From an uncultured Gemmatimonadales bacterium (GTDB lineage: Bacteria; Gemmatimonadota; Gemmatimonadetes; Gemmatimonadales; GWC2-71-9), in the NCBI GenBank assembly GCA_963728915.1, contig CAVSLV010000002.1:96001-160000 (forward strand): a DNA stretch of 64,000 nt. Direction: 5' to 3'. The position numbers were made by a program, and so were the translations under genes. Shown here in pieces: positions 11,901 through 24,504 of this stretch. Each line of letters opens with the position of its first letter. The first letter of the stretch is position 1. Below the pieces are notes generated by a model that was given only the letters and a program-made list of their open reading frames with translations, was not told the DNA's origin and did no database searches.

Positions 11901-14900
11901 CGCGATCTGCTCGAAGCGGAGCCCGACCAGGGGCGCCAACGTGGCGTTCGCTTCGTCGATGGTCTTCTGCACCGCGGGGAACTCGCGGGAGAGCTCGCGC
12001 AACAGATCGGCGTACTGGGAGCCCTGGCCCGGGAAGAGAAACAGCGACCTTTCCGCTGGGAGCCGGGCCGCTTTCGGCGACCGAGATTCCCCGCGGCTCG
12101 AGCGATTCAAGCGGCCGGCCGGAGGCCTTCGTGCTGCGAGCCAGCGCGAGTCGCGAGCCGAGCTCCTCCCGAGAGGCTACTCCGAACACCATCCGGGCGC
12201 GGCGTTGGATTCCGGTCCGCGTGGCTTCCCGCACCGCGGCGCGAAACGAGCCACCGGCGACGGTCGCGAGCTCGTCACCAGCGGAGAGCGCCTCCTCGAA
12301 GGTTTCCCCGCCCAGGACGAGCAGCATCTCGGACTGGGGCTCGACCCCCTCCAGGAGGCGGCGATGATACACCGGATCGAAGGCCTCGAGGGCGACGTGA
12401 CAGTTGGTTCCGCCGAACCCGAATGCATTCACTCCCGCCCGGCGCGGCCGCTCGGTGCCGACCGGCGGCCACGCGGCCGCCGAGGAGATCAGGGTGATAT
12501 CGTCGGAGCCGGCCAGCGAGGCGTGCGGCGTGCCCACCCCGGCGGTCGGGGGGAGGACACCGTGCTCCAGGGCGAGGATGGCGCGGAGGAGCCCGGCGGC
12601 TCCGGCTCCGCCCCCCAGATGTCCGACCTGCGATTTCACGGCGCTGATCGCAAGCGGTCGATCCCGGTGGGTTCCGAACACCGCGCGAATGGCCGTGAGC
12701 TCCGCCGCGTCGCCGACCGTGGTACCGGTAGCGTGGCATTCCACGAAGTCCACCGATTCGGGCCCATAACCCGCGGACGCATAACTCCGCTCCAGCGCGA
12801 GTCGCTGGCCCGAGGGATCCGGCGCGGCCATGGCCCGGGTGCCGCCGTCGCACGACATGCCGATCCCTCGAATCACCGCGCGGACCTTGTCGCCGTCGGT
12901 GAGCGCATCGGCCAGCCGCTTGAGCACGAACATGGCCCCGCCTTCGCCCTGCACGATGCCGTCGGCCTGGTCGCTCAAGGGCCTGCTTCCCACCGCCGAG
13001 AGGGCGGAGGCCTTCGCGAACGCGACGCAGCTCATCGGCGTCACCTCGGAAGAGGTGCCGCCGCACACCGCCAGATCGTATCGCCGGGACCGAAGTCCCT
13101 CCACCGCCACCCCCACCGCGACCAGCACCGACGCGCAGGCGGCATCCACCACCATGTGCGGTCCCATGAGATCGGCGGCCTTGGCGAATCGCGCCGCTCC
13201 AATCTGCGGGGTGCCTTCCAGGATGGAGTCTTCGCTGATTTCCGGGTTGGACCCCCGGACCCCATCGCGGATCTGCTGGGCCACCGCGGCGCGATCCGCC
13301 GGATCAATCCCGGCCGCTTCGAGCGCTCCCGAGCTGGTCAGGGCTGCTTCGGCACGACGGGAGAGCATCCGCAGCCCGGACTTCCACAGGGTGTGCTGAC
13401 ACCCGCCGCTGTCTCCGACCACCACCGCGGTGCGCTGCCGATCGAACGGCCGGTCATCGCATCCCGCATCGATCATCGCCTGGCGAGCCAGGGTCAGGGT
13501 CAGGCGGTGTTGGGGATCGAGCCGGGCGCTCATGATCGGGGGGAGCCGGAAGGGCCGCGGGTCGAACCCGTCTTCCTCGAGAAAAGCCCCTAACCCGCCG
13601 TACGACTTGTCCACCGCAGCGCGATCGGGATCCACGAACAGGTCGGACCTGCCGCTGAAACGGGTCGTCGGGACCGCCCGAACCGCGGAGCGATTCTCCA
13701 GGGTGGCTTTCCAGAACTGCTCCGCGTCGCCACCCGGCGCGATCGTCCCGGCCAGGCCGATCACCGCGATCGGTTCCGCCGCGGCGGGATCGGCGACAGG
13801 TTCTTCCCTGAGGCTGCCGACGGTGTGATAGGCCGGCTGGTATTCCTCGAGACAGAGGTGGAAATTGACTCCCCCGAATCCGAACGACGATACCGCGGCG
13901 CGGCGCGGCAACTCGTCTCGATTCTCGGGCCAGGGCGCCGGTACCGTCACCACATCAAACGGCAATCTGGACCAGTCGGCCCTGGGAGTGCGCACCGTGT
14001 GGTTGATGGTCGGGGGGAGGGTTTTGTGCTCCATCCCGAGGACCACCTTGATCACTCCCGCGATACCGGCGGCGCCGAAGAGATGGCCGATCTGGGACTT
14101 CACCGCGCTCAGGGAAATCCGCTGGCCCTTGCCAAGCGCGGTCCCGTACGCCTGCGCCATCGCTTCCAGCTCGGCGGGATCGCCCACCGGGGTTCCCGCG
14201 CCATGCGTCTCGATCAGCTGGACCGTGTCGGGGGCGTATCCTGCCATCGTCAACGCCCGCCGCATCGCCAGGGTCTGCGCTTTGGGATTGGGGGCGCCGA
14301 TTCCCTGTTCGCGACCGTCGCTCGAGCCGCCGATTCCTCGAATGACCGCGCGGATGCGATCGCCGTCCCGAAGAGCCCGATCCAGCCGCTTGAGCACCAG
14401 GACGCCGGCGCCTTCGCCGGGCACAAAGCCGTCGGCCTCGGCATCGAAGGGGCGAACCCCCCTGGTCGAAAGCCCCCGGAACTTGCTGAATCCCACCATC
14501 GCCAGGGACCAGGGAACCATCTGGGAGGCACCGGTCAGCGCGAGATCGAAATCGCCGGCGAGGAGGCCCGCCACCGCGGACTCGATCGCGGCCAGGGACG
14601 CCGCGCAGGCGGAGTCCACCACATAACACGGCCCCCGCATCCCGAAATACCCGGCGACCCGGGCGGGGCCGACATTGGCCAGCAATCCGGTGAGGGTGTC
14701 CTCGGACGCGGGATCGGTCCGGCGCAGCAGCCAGGTGCGAGTCCGCTCGACCGCCTCCTCGATGCGGTCCGGCGCCACTCCCCGCGCGGCCAGGACGCTG
14801 CGCACTTCCGCATCCACCAGGTGCTGCTGCACCCGCCGGCCGAGCTCGAAGAATTTTTCGGTGTGATTTCCCGCGTGACCCATGATGACCGCGGCGCGGT

Positions 14901-15270
14901 CCTTGTCGAAGGGCCGGTCCAGGTATCCCGCGTCGCGCATGGCCTCGATCGAGGCGACCAGCGCCATCTGGTGGGTCCGATCCATGGCGCGGGCCGTCAG
15001 CGGCGGGATCCGGAAGGCTTTCGCGTCGAACCCGGTGTCCTCGACGATCCCACCCACCCTGGCGTAACTGGCGTCTACCGCGTCGGGATCGGGGTCATAC
15101 AAGGCCGCCGAGTCGAACCACGCCTCGGGCAGCTCCTGAATCGCGTTGTGTCCGGTGAGGATGTTGTGCCAGAAGACATCGAGGTTGGGCGCGCCGGGGA
15201 ACACCCCGCCCGCTCCAATGATCGCCACCAACCGGTGTGCAGAAGGAGTCCCCGGATCACCTGGGATCAT
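5949..15270 (-). CDS. Iterative type I PKS / secondary lipid synthase, KS-KS-AT-KS-ACP-ACP-KR-DH; split over about 8 ORF fragments by frameshifts
   Basis: KS1 DSACAAS/ETHGAGT/GHLFGAAG; KS2 DAACASV/ECHATGT/GHLGGGAG; AT FPGQGSQY, GHSLGE, AFHS; KS3 DAACSS/SHETFT/GHAQGAG; two ACPs LGIDTIKQ; KR GGGRGVG and FSSVAGRFGNRGQADYAAAN; DH DHVIDGNALLPG. Confidence 0.85.
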
Positions 15271-16564
15271 GACCCGCCACCCGGTCGAGGGCGCCGTGCG
15301 CCAGCCGGATATTGAAACGCGCCTGGAGGAGATCCGCTTCGGCCTGGAGCCGGGCTGCTTCCGCCAGAAGCGCCACGCCGGAGAGCGCCATCCCGGTGGC
15401 CACCTGGTCGGTGGCGATCTTCGCGGCCGCGGTTCGCGCCACCAGCGCTTCGGCCGCGACGCTCGCCCCTTCCTTCGCCCTCAACAAGGCTCGATACGCC
15501 TTGGTCGTTTCGGTCTCGATCCGACGACGGGTTCGTTCGAGGTCCAGCCGCGCTTGTTCCTGCTGAGCCCGCCGTTCGGCCATCGCATAGTCGCGCTGCC
15601 GGAAATCCCAGATCGTCCACTCGGCTTTGACTCCTACACTGAAATGGCTGGCGGGAAGGAACGGTACTGCGTGCTGTAACAGATGCTGCGCAAACACTCC
15701 TACCTGCGGCAGATAGTCAGCCCGCGCTGCGGAAATTCCCTGACTCGCACGCATCACCTGCTGGGTTGCCGCGACCACCTCGGGATTCGAGGCGAGCGCG
15801 CCCGTCACATACTCCTCCAGGCGGGCCGGTGAACGATGAATCCTCCGCCGGCTCGACCAGCTCGAACGTCGTTTGCGGCGGAATCCCCAGCAGATCCGCC
15901 AACTCCAAACTGAGGTCTTCGATCCGATACCCCAGCTCGCGCAAGCGTCGCCGTGATTCATGGAGCCGGGCTATCGGCCTGATCGGCGGCGACCGCGAGG
16001 GCCAACCCGACTTCGGTACTTGCCCTGGCATCGCGCGCAAGCGCTGAATCCGCTGCGACTTGCGCCGCCGCCGCCCGTTGCTGGGCTTCGGCGACGAGCA
16101 GATTAGAGTAGCCCCGCTCCACCCCGAGCGATAGGTCTCCTTCCGCCCCCCGGAGTTGGGCCTCGGCAGACCGCTCTTCCGCCACCGCCGCGAGGTGTCC
16201 GGCCCTCACCTTGAAGAGCTGGGTCACCGGCTGTTCAACCCGAATGGTCTGAAGGAAAAGGCTGTTCCCACCCTGTGGCAGGAGCACTGGTTTCGCCGGT
16301 ATCAGCTCGCCGGTGCTGATGACTCCGAATGCCCCCGGAGGAATCGCCAGGGTCTGCCGGGATCCGACCTGGGAGAAGGTCGCGTCGACCGCGAGCCGGG
16401 GGAAATACGCGGTCCATCGCTGCTGCCGGCGGCTCTGCGCTTCGATGAGCCGTTGACGCACGATCCCGAGTCCGGGATTGGCCTGATACGCGAGCGCCCG
16501 GGCCGAATCGAGCGTCAGCGTCATCGGGACTCTGGGTCTGCAAGAGCAGGAGAAGCACCCTCAT
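15257..16564 (-). CDS. TolC-family outer membrane efflux protein (frameshifted)
   Basis: ALASNPEV, ARADYLPQV, helical OEP repeats; operonic with RND genes. Confidence 0.8.
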
Positions 16565-19500
16565 GCCGGCCCCGCTTCTCTGCGTCGATTCACGACGACC
16601 AGGAGCACCGGCACCACGAACAGGGTGAGCACCATCGAGGAGATGAGGCCCACGGCGAGCACGCTCGCCAGCGGGGACCACATGCCCGAGCCGGACAGAA
16701 TCATGGGGAGCACGCCCACGGCGGCGGCCATGGTGGTGAGAAAGATCGGACGGAGCCGCCGGCGGCCCGCTTCGAGCGCCGCCTGCTCGATCGCCATGCC
16801 GGCGCGCCGCTCGTGATTGAAGAAATCGATCAGGATGATGGCGTTGCGCACCACGATCCCGCTCAGGGCGATGACCCCGACGAACGCGGTGAATCCGAAT
16901 GGGTTGCCGGTCAGGATCAATCCGAGCAATGCGCCGAACAGGGAGAGCGGAATAGCGGACATGACCATCAGCGTGTCGCTCAGCACCTTGAACAGGAGCA
17001 GCAGAATCAGGAAAATGGCGAGGAGGCTTATCCCCAGCGCCACCATCATCTCGTGGAACGTTTCGGTCCGGCTCTCGATCTCGCCACCCAGCTCGAGTCG
17101 GTACCCGGCCGGAAGGGTGAGGGTATCGAGGACCGGGCCGGCGCGCGCCAGCACATCGGCGGGGAGGACCGCAGGCGTGACCTGGCTTCTCACGGTGAGG
17201 GTCGGGGTCCCGTTGCGATGGACGATGCGGGAGGTCTGCCAGGTCGGTTCGAGCGACGCCACTTCCCGGAGCGGAATCCGCGCGCCGGTCACGTCGGAAG
17301 TGATGTAGGCCCCGGTCACGTGGTCGAGGCTCTCGCGCCGGGACTCGTCGAGCCGGAGCACGATCGGCACCGAGCGATCGCCTTCCCAATAGGTGGAAAC
17401 CGGAACGCCGAGAAAGCTCGCCGCCAGGGTATGCGCCACTTTTGCGGTGCTGATGCCGAGCTGGTTGGCGACCTGCGGCTTCACGGTCACCGTGAGCCGA
17501 TAACTGTCTTCGCCGAAATCGGAGCGCACCAGGGTTGCTCCCGGGGTGGCCCGGAACACCGCCGCGAGCCGCTCGCCGATCGACTTGAGCACCTCGAGGT
17601 CCGGACCGATCACCCTCACCTCGATCGGCGCCTTCATCGCGGGGCCCTGCTGGAGGAATCGCACGTGCACGGTGGCTTCCGGCGCGAGTCCGGGCAGCCC
17701 GGCCCGCAGCCGGGCCGCCGCCATCGAGGGCGGTTCCCGGACTCGTCGTCGCGATCAACAGCTGAGCAAAGTTGGTGGCGTCGAATTCCGGTTCGAAGTT
17801 GTAGTAGAAGCGGGGTGCTCCCACCCCCACGAAGGAAGCCACGCTGACGATCGCGGGATCTGCGCGCGCTGCGGTTTCCAGCCGTCGAACCACCTGGTCG
17901 GTCGCACCGAGCCGGGCGCCTTCGGGGAGCCAGATGTCAACCACGAACTGGGCTCGCTCCGACGGCGGAAAGAAACGTTGTTTCACCACGAGGTAGAGGA
18001 GCCCGCCCACCACGACCGCGATCCCGCCAGCCACCAGGGTCTGGCTGCGATAGGACAGGGCCCGGGTGATGAATCGATCGTACCACTTCTGGATCAGGTC
18101 GAGCGGGCTCCCGAACCGGCGTCGCTTCGGGGTCGTGGTTTCGCCTTGCGGCTTGAGTCCCTTCTTGATGAACAGGCGGCAGAGCGCCGGGGTGAGCAGC
18201 ATCGCGACCGCGAAGGACGAGGCCAGCGCCACGCTCACCGTGATCGGCAGGGCGCCGATGAATTCGCCGGTGGTTCCGCTCAGGAACACGAGGGGGAAGA
18301 ACGATGCGATGATGGTCGCGGTCGCGGCGAGCACCGGCACCACCAGATCGGAGGCCGAACGCGGAGCGGCTTCCGCCGGGGAGAGCCCGTGATCGAGCAG
18401 CTCCACATAGTTGTCGGCCACCACGATCGCGTCGTCCACCACGATGCCGAGCGATACGATCAGGCCCGCGAGCGAGACCTGGTGCAGCTCGATCCCCAGG
18501 GCCCGCATCGCGCCGAAGGTCACCGCCACGGTCACCGGAATCGCGACGGCGGCGATCGTCGCCACCGGCAGCGGGAGCAGCAGCATCGTGACCAGGATGA
18601 CCGCGACGATCGCGATCACGAATTCCCGCATGAAGTGATCGATCCGTTCTTCCACCACGGCCGGCTGATCGGCGATCAGCACCTGGGTCACCCCCGGGGG
18701 GAACCGCTCGGCCACCATGGCAAGGCGTTCGTTCACCTCGTGGCCGAACTCGACCACGTTATTGCCTTCCTGCATTTCCACCGCGAGGAGGACGGCTTCC
18801 TGGCCATTCACCCGGATCAGCGAAGTTGGGATCCCGATCCCCCCGCTCCACGTCTGGCGAAGTCGCCGATCCGGATAGCCTGACCGGCGGGTGAAACTCC
18901 CACGATCTGATTCCGGATCGCCTCCTCGTTCAGGAAGAGGCCCTCGGCGTGCATGGGGATCTTGTTGGCATCGGTCTCGAACCCGCCGGCCTCTTCCACC
19001 ACGTTGTTGGCCTGGAGCGCCTGGACCATTCGCGCGGGCACGACGCCGTACTGGGACAGCCGCTCCAGCGTGCTGGTGACGGCGATCTGCTCGCCCTGCT
19101 CTCCCAGCCGGCGAAGCTTCGACACCGCCGGGATGGTGCGGAGGTTCTTTTCGAGCTCGCGCACCTGGTCGCTCAGCTGGCGACTGTCGAGCCCGCCCCC
19201 GAAGACCGCGATCAGCATCGCGACGGTGTCGCCGAAATCGGAGTTCACGATCGGTCCCCGGACCCCGTCGGGAAGAGCGGTGGCCCGAAGCAGATTGAGA
19301 TCGTGGCGAAGGGTGGACCAGAACACTTCCGGCTGTTTGACCCAGTCCTCGATCGCGACGTTGATGATCACCAGGCCGTTCCGGGTGGTCGAGTAGGTCT
19401 TCTCCTTCCGGACCTCGGCGAAACGGAAGAGCCGCTCCTCCAGCCGGCGGGTGAGCTGTTCCTCCACCTGTTCGGGCGTGGCACCCGGATAGGCGGCGAT

Positions 19501-19641
19501 CACCAGCGCCATGCGGATCGTGATCTTGGGGTCTTCCCGCCGCGGCATGCGCAGGAGGGATTGGATCCCGAAGGCCACCACCAGCACCATGATGAGGAAG
19601 CTGACCTGGCGATGCCTGATCGCCCCCTGGATCAGGCTCAC
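16561..19641 (-). CDS. RND efflux permease, AcrB/CusA family (3 frame fragments)
   Basis: MPRREDP, YPGATPEQVE, GIVVDDAIVV, GIVVRNAIILID, RRLRPIFLTT. Confidence 0.92.
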
Positions 19642-20708
19642 TTGAGACTCTTCCCGGCAGAGTCGTGCTGCACCTGCACCAGGTCGCCGTCGGCGAGCCG
19701 GTGCTGGCCGGCGATCACCACGACCTCGCCGGGCTTGAGCCCCTCGACGACCTCGACCTCGCGGTCGAGCATCCGGCCGATCTGCACCGTGCGAGCGCGA
19801 ACCCGGGTATCGCCTTCACCGATCACGAAGACCTGGGTGGTGCCGTCGGCCCGATGAATCAGGGCTTCGCCCGGCACGGTGAGCGCCTGGACCTTCTGGG
19901 TGCCGATCACCCGCACTTCGGCGATCATCCCCGGCCGGAGCAACTGCTCACCGTTGGCGATCCGCACTTTCACCACGTAGCTGCGCGACACCGGATCCGC
20001 CGCCACGCCGACCAGACTCACCCGGCCCGCGAATTCCCGTTCGCCCAGCGCCGGGACAAGGACGGTGGCCCGCTGCCCGACCCGGATCGCGCCGATGTCC
20101 GCCTCGGGAACTCCGGCGCGAACCTGCACCGTCCCGATATCCACCACCGAGAAGAGCGGGATGCCGGGAGCCACCATCTCGCCCGGATTCACCGCGCGGC
20201 GGGAGACGATCCCTCCAATCGGTGTGGTGAGCGTGGCATCGGCGAGCCGCTTCGCGGCCAGCTTGCGTTGCGCATCGGCCGCTTTCCACGCGAATTCCAT
20301 CCTCACCAGATCGGCCGGGGTGGCGCTTCCCCGCTCGGCGAGCTGCCGAAGCCGGGTCAGGTCATCGAACGCGCGGGCGGCGGTGGCGTCGGCCAGATCG
20401 AGGCCCAGCTTGAAGTCGGTGGAATCGAGCCGGGCCAGGACCCCGCCTGCCGCGATCGGATCGCCTTCCTGGGGCACGACCACCGCCGCCCGCCCGCCGA
20501 CCTGGAAGCCCAGGTCAGCCCAGCGGATCGCCTCGACCGCGCCACTCACGGTGGTGACCATGGGACGCTGCACCGACGTCACTTCCCGGACCCGTACCGC
20601 AGGCGCCGTCTCGCCAGGCGGGTCCGCACTCCCCGCGCCTCCGCAGGACAGCTGGATCCATGCGACGCCGAAGGCCACCGCCGCTCTGGCGAGGGGCAGG
20701 TACCTCAT
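19638..20708 (-). CDS. RND periplasmic adaptor (MFP) lipoprotein
   Basis: Lipobox-like LSC, lipoyl/hairpin pattern, LRPGMIAEV, GLKPGEVVVIAG; GGAGG RBS. Confidence 0.9.
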   Translation of the reverse strand: MRYLPLARAAVAFGVAWIQLSCGGAGSADPPGETAPAVRVREVTSVQRPMVTTVSGAVEAIRWADLGFQVGGRAAVVVPQEGDPIAAGGVLARLDSTDFKLGLDLADATAARAFDDLTRLRQLAERGSATPADLVRMEFAWKAADAQRKLAAKRLADATLTTPIGGIVSRRAVNPGEMVAPGIPLFSVVDIGTVQVRAGVPEADIGAIRVGQRATVLVPALGEREFAGRVSLVGVAADPVSRSYVVKVRIANGEQLLRPGMIAEVRVIGTQKVQALTVPGEALIHRADGTTQVFVIGEGDTRVRARTVQIGRMLDREVEVVEGLKPGEVVVIAGQHRLADGDLVQVQHDSAGKSLK

Positions 20709-20846
20709 GGACACCTCCCTGTTTCCCATCGTGGGACCTGTCCACCACGCGCAAAAAGGCGGTCGCATGGGTCACCCGCATTCCGGTGAGCCCCGGGAGG
20801 GTCGAATTACGCGTGGAAACAGGGGTTACGAGAAAGCGAGCACACT

Positions 20847-22560
20847 ATGAGCGACCAGGTCCCTCGCCGCGCCAGGCTGGTACTCGGCGACGGCGAGCAG
20901 GAGCGCGTCTTCGAGCTGGCCGGCACGTAGCTGCACCATCGGACGCTCGGAGCTGAGCGACATCGTGATCAACGACGACCGGGCCTCCCGTTCCCATGCC
21001 ACCATCGGCCTCTTCGGCGGCCGCTTCGCGGTGCGCGACCTCGGCTCCGCCAACGGGACCCAGCTCAACGAGCGGGTGGTCACCCAGGATTGGTTGAATG
21101 CACGGAGATCTGATCCGGATCGGGCGCACCCAGTTCCGCTTCGAGGAGATCGCTCCGACCAGCATCGGCAAGGCCACCAGAATCGCCGAGGTCGAGGACG
21201 AGGCGGACGAGCGGACGATTCGAGAGCCTGGTCCATCACAACGAGCATCCGTGCCTGGTGCTGAGCTTCGGCGACCAGACCGTCGAGTATCCCCTCCTCG
21301 GCGAATGGATCACCATCGGCCGTGACCCGGCCTGCGACATCGTCATCGACACCGACATGGTCTCCCGGAGGCACGCCCAGGTCGAACGCAGGGGCCGGGC
21401 CTTTCTGCTGCGCGACGCGGGAAGCAGCAACGGGACCGTCGTGAATCGCAGCACGGATCACCAGCACGTGCTCCAGGACGGCGATGTGATCAGATTGGGC
21501 GACGCGGTGATGGTATTCAAGGCGGCATTCTCCCCCGAACGGCTCACCGTCGCCGAGGGGGCCAGGGAACGAGACCACCGGCGGCCGGTGGTGTTCGTGC
21601 CGGGCTTCATGGGCTCCGAGCTGTACCGCGGCAGCGAGCGCATCTGGCCCAGCATGCACACCTTGCTCCGCGATCCCGGAGAAGCTCCGTTACGGACCTG
21701 AGCACCCGCTCGAGCCCCGCAAGGTGCTCGGAGAGCTGGTGGTGATACCGAAGTTCCTCACGCTGGACCAGTACAACCGGCTGGGGAATTACCTCGAAGA
21801 GGGAGTCGGATACCAGCGGGAGCGCGACCTCATGGAGTTCGCCTACGATTGGCGCCAGGACGTGCGCATCTCGGCGCGCCAGCTCGGTGCCGCAATCGAA
21901 GCGTGGCAGGCCCGGAGCGATGTTGCGAGAGGACCCGTGACCATCATCGCCCACAGTCTCGGCACTCTGGTCTCGCGCTACTTCGTGGAGGTGCTCGGCG
22001 GCTCGGCCAAGGTCGAGCGGCTGGTGCTCATCGGAGGGCCGCACTTCGGGGTGCCCCACATTGCCGGAGCGCTCGCGGCGGGGCCCCAGATTCCCATGTT
22101 CGGGGGACTGTCGCGCAAGGTGCGCGAGGCCATCCTGACGTTCCCGTCCACCTTCCAGTTCCTGCCGACCTATCCCTGCGTCCGCACCACGAGCGGGGAA
22201 AAGCGCTGCCCACTGGATGACGATGGCTGGCTTCCCGAGGCCAACCGGGCCTACCTTCGGGAAGCCCGTAATTTCCGCAATGAGCTGGGGACCCGTTTCA
22301 CGGTGCCGACCGTCTGTATCTTCGGGTACGGTATGAAAACCACCTCGGGGATCTCAGTGCAGCACGACGGGGCCGGGGCATGGACCAGCGTGGAGTGGCA
22401 GACCGACCTCGCGGGAGACGGCTCGGTTCCCAAGCTGAGCGCGGTGCTGCCGAACACGGAGATCCATCCCGTCAAGCAGGCCCATGGCGCGCTCTATACC
22501 GATCCGGACGTCCGTGCCCGGCTCCTGCTCGAGCTGACCCGGGAGCGGAACCTGGCATGA
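20847..22560 (+). CDS. FHA-FHA-alpha/beta hydrolase (LCAT/PGAP1-like lipase) fusion, frameshifted
   Basis: Two FHA motifs (SRSHA..DLGSANGT; IGRD..VSRRHA..DAGSSNGT), then FVPGFMGS, YDWRQD, AHSLG, GDGSV. Confidence 0.75.
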
Positions 22561-23220
22561 CCGCTGGACCGCCACTTCGAGTGGTGGCGATACCCAGTGG
22601 ACGGTTCGATCAGAATTGCTACCTGGTGGCTGCGCTGGGGTCGCCCGAGGCAGCCATCGTGGATCCCGGCGAAGACGCCGAGCTCTGCCTCCGACGGGCC
22701 GAGGAAGAAGGCCTCACGATCCAGCGCCATCTGGCTCACCCACGGCCACCTCGATCATCTGCTGGGGATTCCGACGGTGCACGCCAGGACCTCCGCGCCG
22801 ATCTACCTGCATCCCGCGGACCGGCCCTTCTACGATCGGCTGGAACAACAGGCCGAGTTCCTCGGAGTGAAGCTCCCGGCACCGCTTCCCGCGGTGACCC
22901 ACGAGCTGGCCCACGATCAGCAGCTCGAGGTGGGTCCCGCCCGGATGAAGGTGCTGCACACCCCGGGGCACTCGTTCGGCAGCGTGTGTTTCCTGGGACC
23001 TGGTCTGGTTCTGGTGGGGGATGTGTTGCTCAAAGGAACGCTCGGGCGCGCCGATCTGCCGGGAGGGAGCCACAGCCGGCTCCAGCAGAGCGTCCGCGAG
23101 GAGTTGTATTCTTTGCCGGAGGAAACCCTGGTGTACTGCGGACACGGGCCAATGACCACCATCGGGGCCGAGCGGAAGAGCAATCCCACGCTGAGAATCG
23201 CGGGCCAGCCACCGGCATGA
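22557..23220 (+). CDS. Metallo-beta-lactamase fold hydrolase (glyoxalase II-like), frameshifted
   Basis: NCYLV, THGHLDH, HTPGHS, GHGP. Confidence 0.88.
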
Positions 23221-23227
23221 TCCTGCC

Positions 23228-24470
23228 GTGCCGATAGGCAGCCTGATCGACAGCCAGGTCGGGCCCTACCGCCTGGTCGACTTTCTCGGCGCGGGCGGCA
23301 TGGGTGAAGTGTATCGCGGGGTGGATCCGAGCAACCGGGTCGTGGCGGTCAAGGTGGTCACCGGAACCCGCGCAACGCCAGCGTTGCTCCAGCGATTCCG
23401 CAACGAAGCCCGGATCCAGGCGTCCCTCCGCCATCCCAACATCGCGACCGTGCTCGAGATCACCGAAATCGCCGGGCAACCCTGCATCGTCATGGAATTC
23501 GTGGACGGGGAGACGCTCGAGGAGCGGATCGGACGAAGCTCCGGACTTCCCGCAGTCGAAGCGCTCCGCATCATGGCGACGGTGACCGAAGCCGTGGGTT
23601 ACCTCCACGATCACGACGTCATCCACCGGGATCTCAAGGCCTCCAACATCAAGGTCACCAGCGGTGGAGCCGCCAAGCTGCTCGACTTCGGCCTGGCCCG
23701 GGATCGGCTCACCCCGCAGCTCACCCGGACCGGCGTGGCGATCGGCACCCTCGGTTACATGGCGCCCGAGCAGCTCAAAGCCGGGAAGATCGACCGTCGC
23801 ACCGATATCTGGGCCCTCGGCGTCGTCCTCTACGAATCACTCACCGGTACGCTGCCGTTTCCGCAGGGAGCGCTCGGCGCGAGCGGGCGGGGTGCCAGCG
23901 CGTTACCCGCCGGCCTCGAAGGTGAAACCCTCCGTTCCTCCGGCGGTGGACGCGATCATCGCCCGCTGCCTCGAGGCCGATCCGGATGATCGTTTCTCCG
24001 GGACGGGGGCACTGCTCACCGAGATCGCCAAGGCGCGGAGCCAGCTCGCGGGCCCCGCACGCAATCGAGCGGGCGCCGGGCTCTCCGCAGAGTCGAGAAA
24101 GCGGCGAAGGCGCGGTGCCCGGCCCCGAATGGTGGCGAAACCGGACCGTTCAGGCGATGGGTGCCATAGCTCGGGTTCGCGGTTGCTGATCTGGGTGGCC
24201 ACCCTGCTCCGCCCTGACCCGGCCCCTCCGGTTCCTTCCGCGAGCGGCGATCCCGGTCTTGCCTGTGGGGTAGCGCCCGGCCAATGCGGCCTCGACGCGC
24301 TCGATCCGGATCGACATCATGGCAGGGGCCGCCGACGTCTACTGTGGCGATCGCCGGCTGGGCCGCACCCCGTTCGATTTTCCCGCGAAGCTCGGTTCCG
24401 ATGTGCGCTTCCTGCTGCGGGAGCCCGGCCGGGTCGACAAGCCGGTGGCCTTTACGGTGAGCTGAAGTGA
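23228..24470 (+). CDS. Ser/Thr protein kinase with TM segment and PEGA-like C-terminus, frameshifted; 3' end approximate
   Basis: GAGGMGEVY, VAVK, HRDLKASN, DFG, YMAPEQ; C-terminal LGRTP. Confidence 0.85.
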
Positions 24471-24504
24471 CCCGCACCTGGACCTTCCTCATGACCCCGA
24501 GTCC

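Noticed and set aside
11094..15315. Long antisense ORFs (e.g. 11665-13593, 13825-15315; also 45585-47270)
   Set aside because: Shadow frames of high-GC coding genes with no motifs
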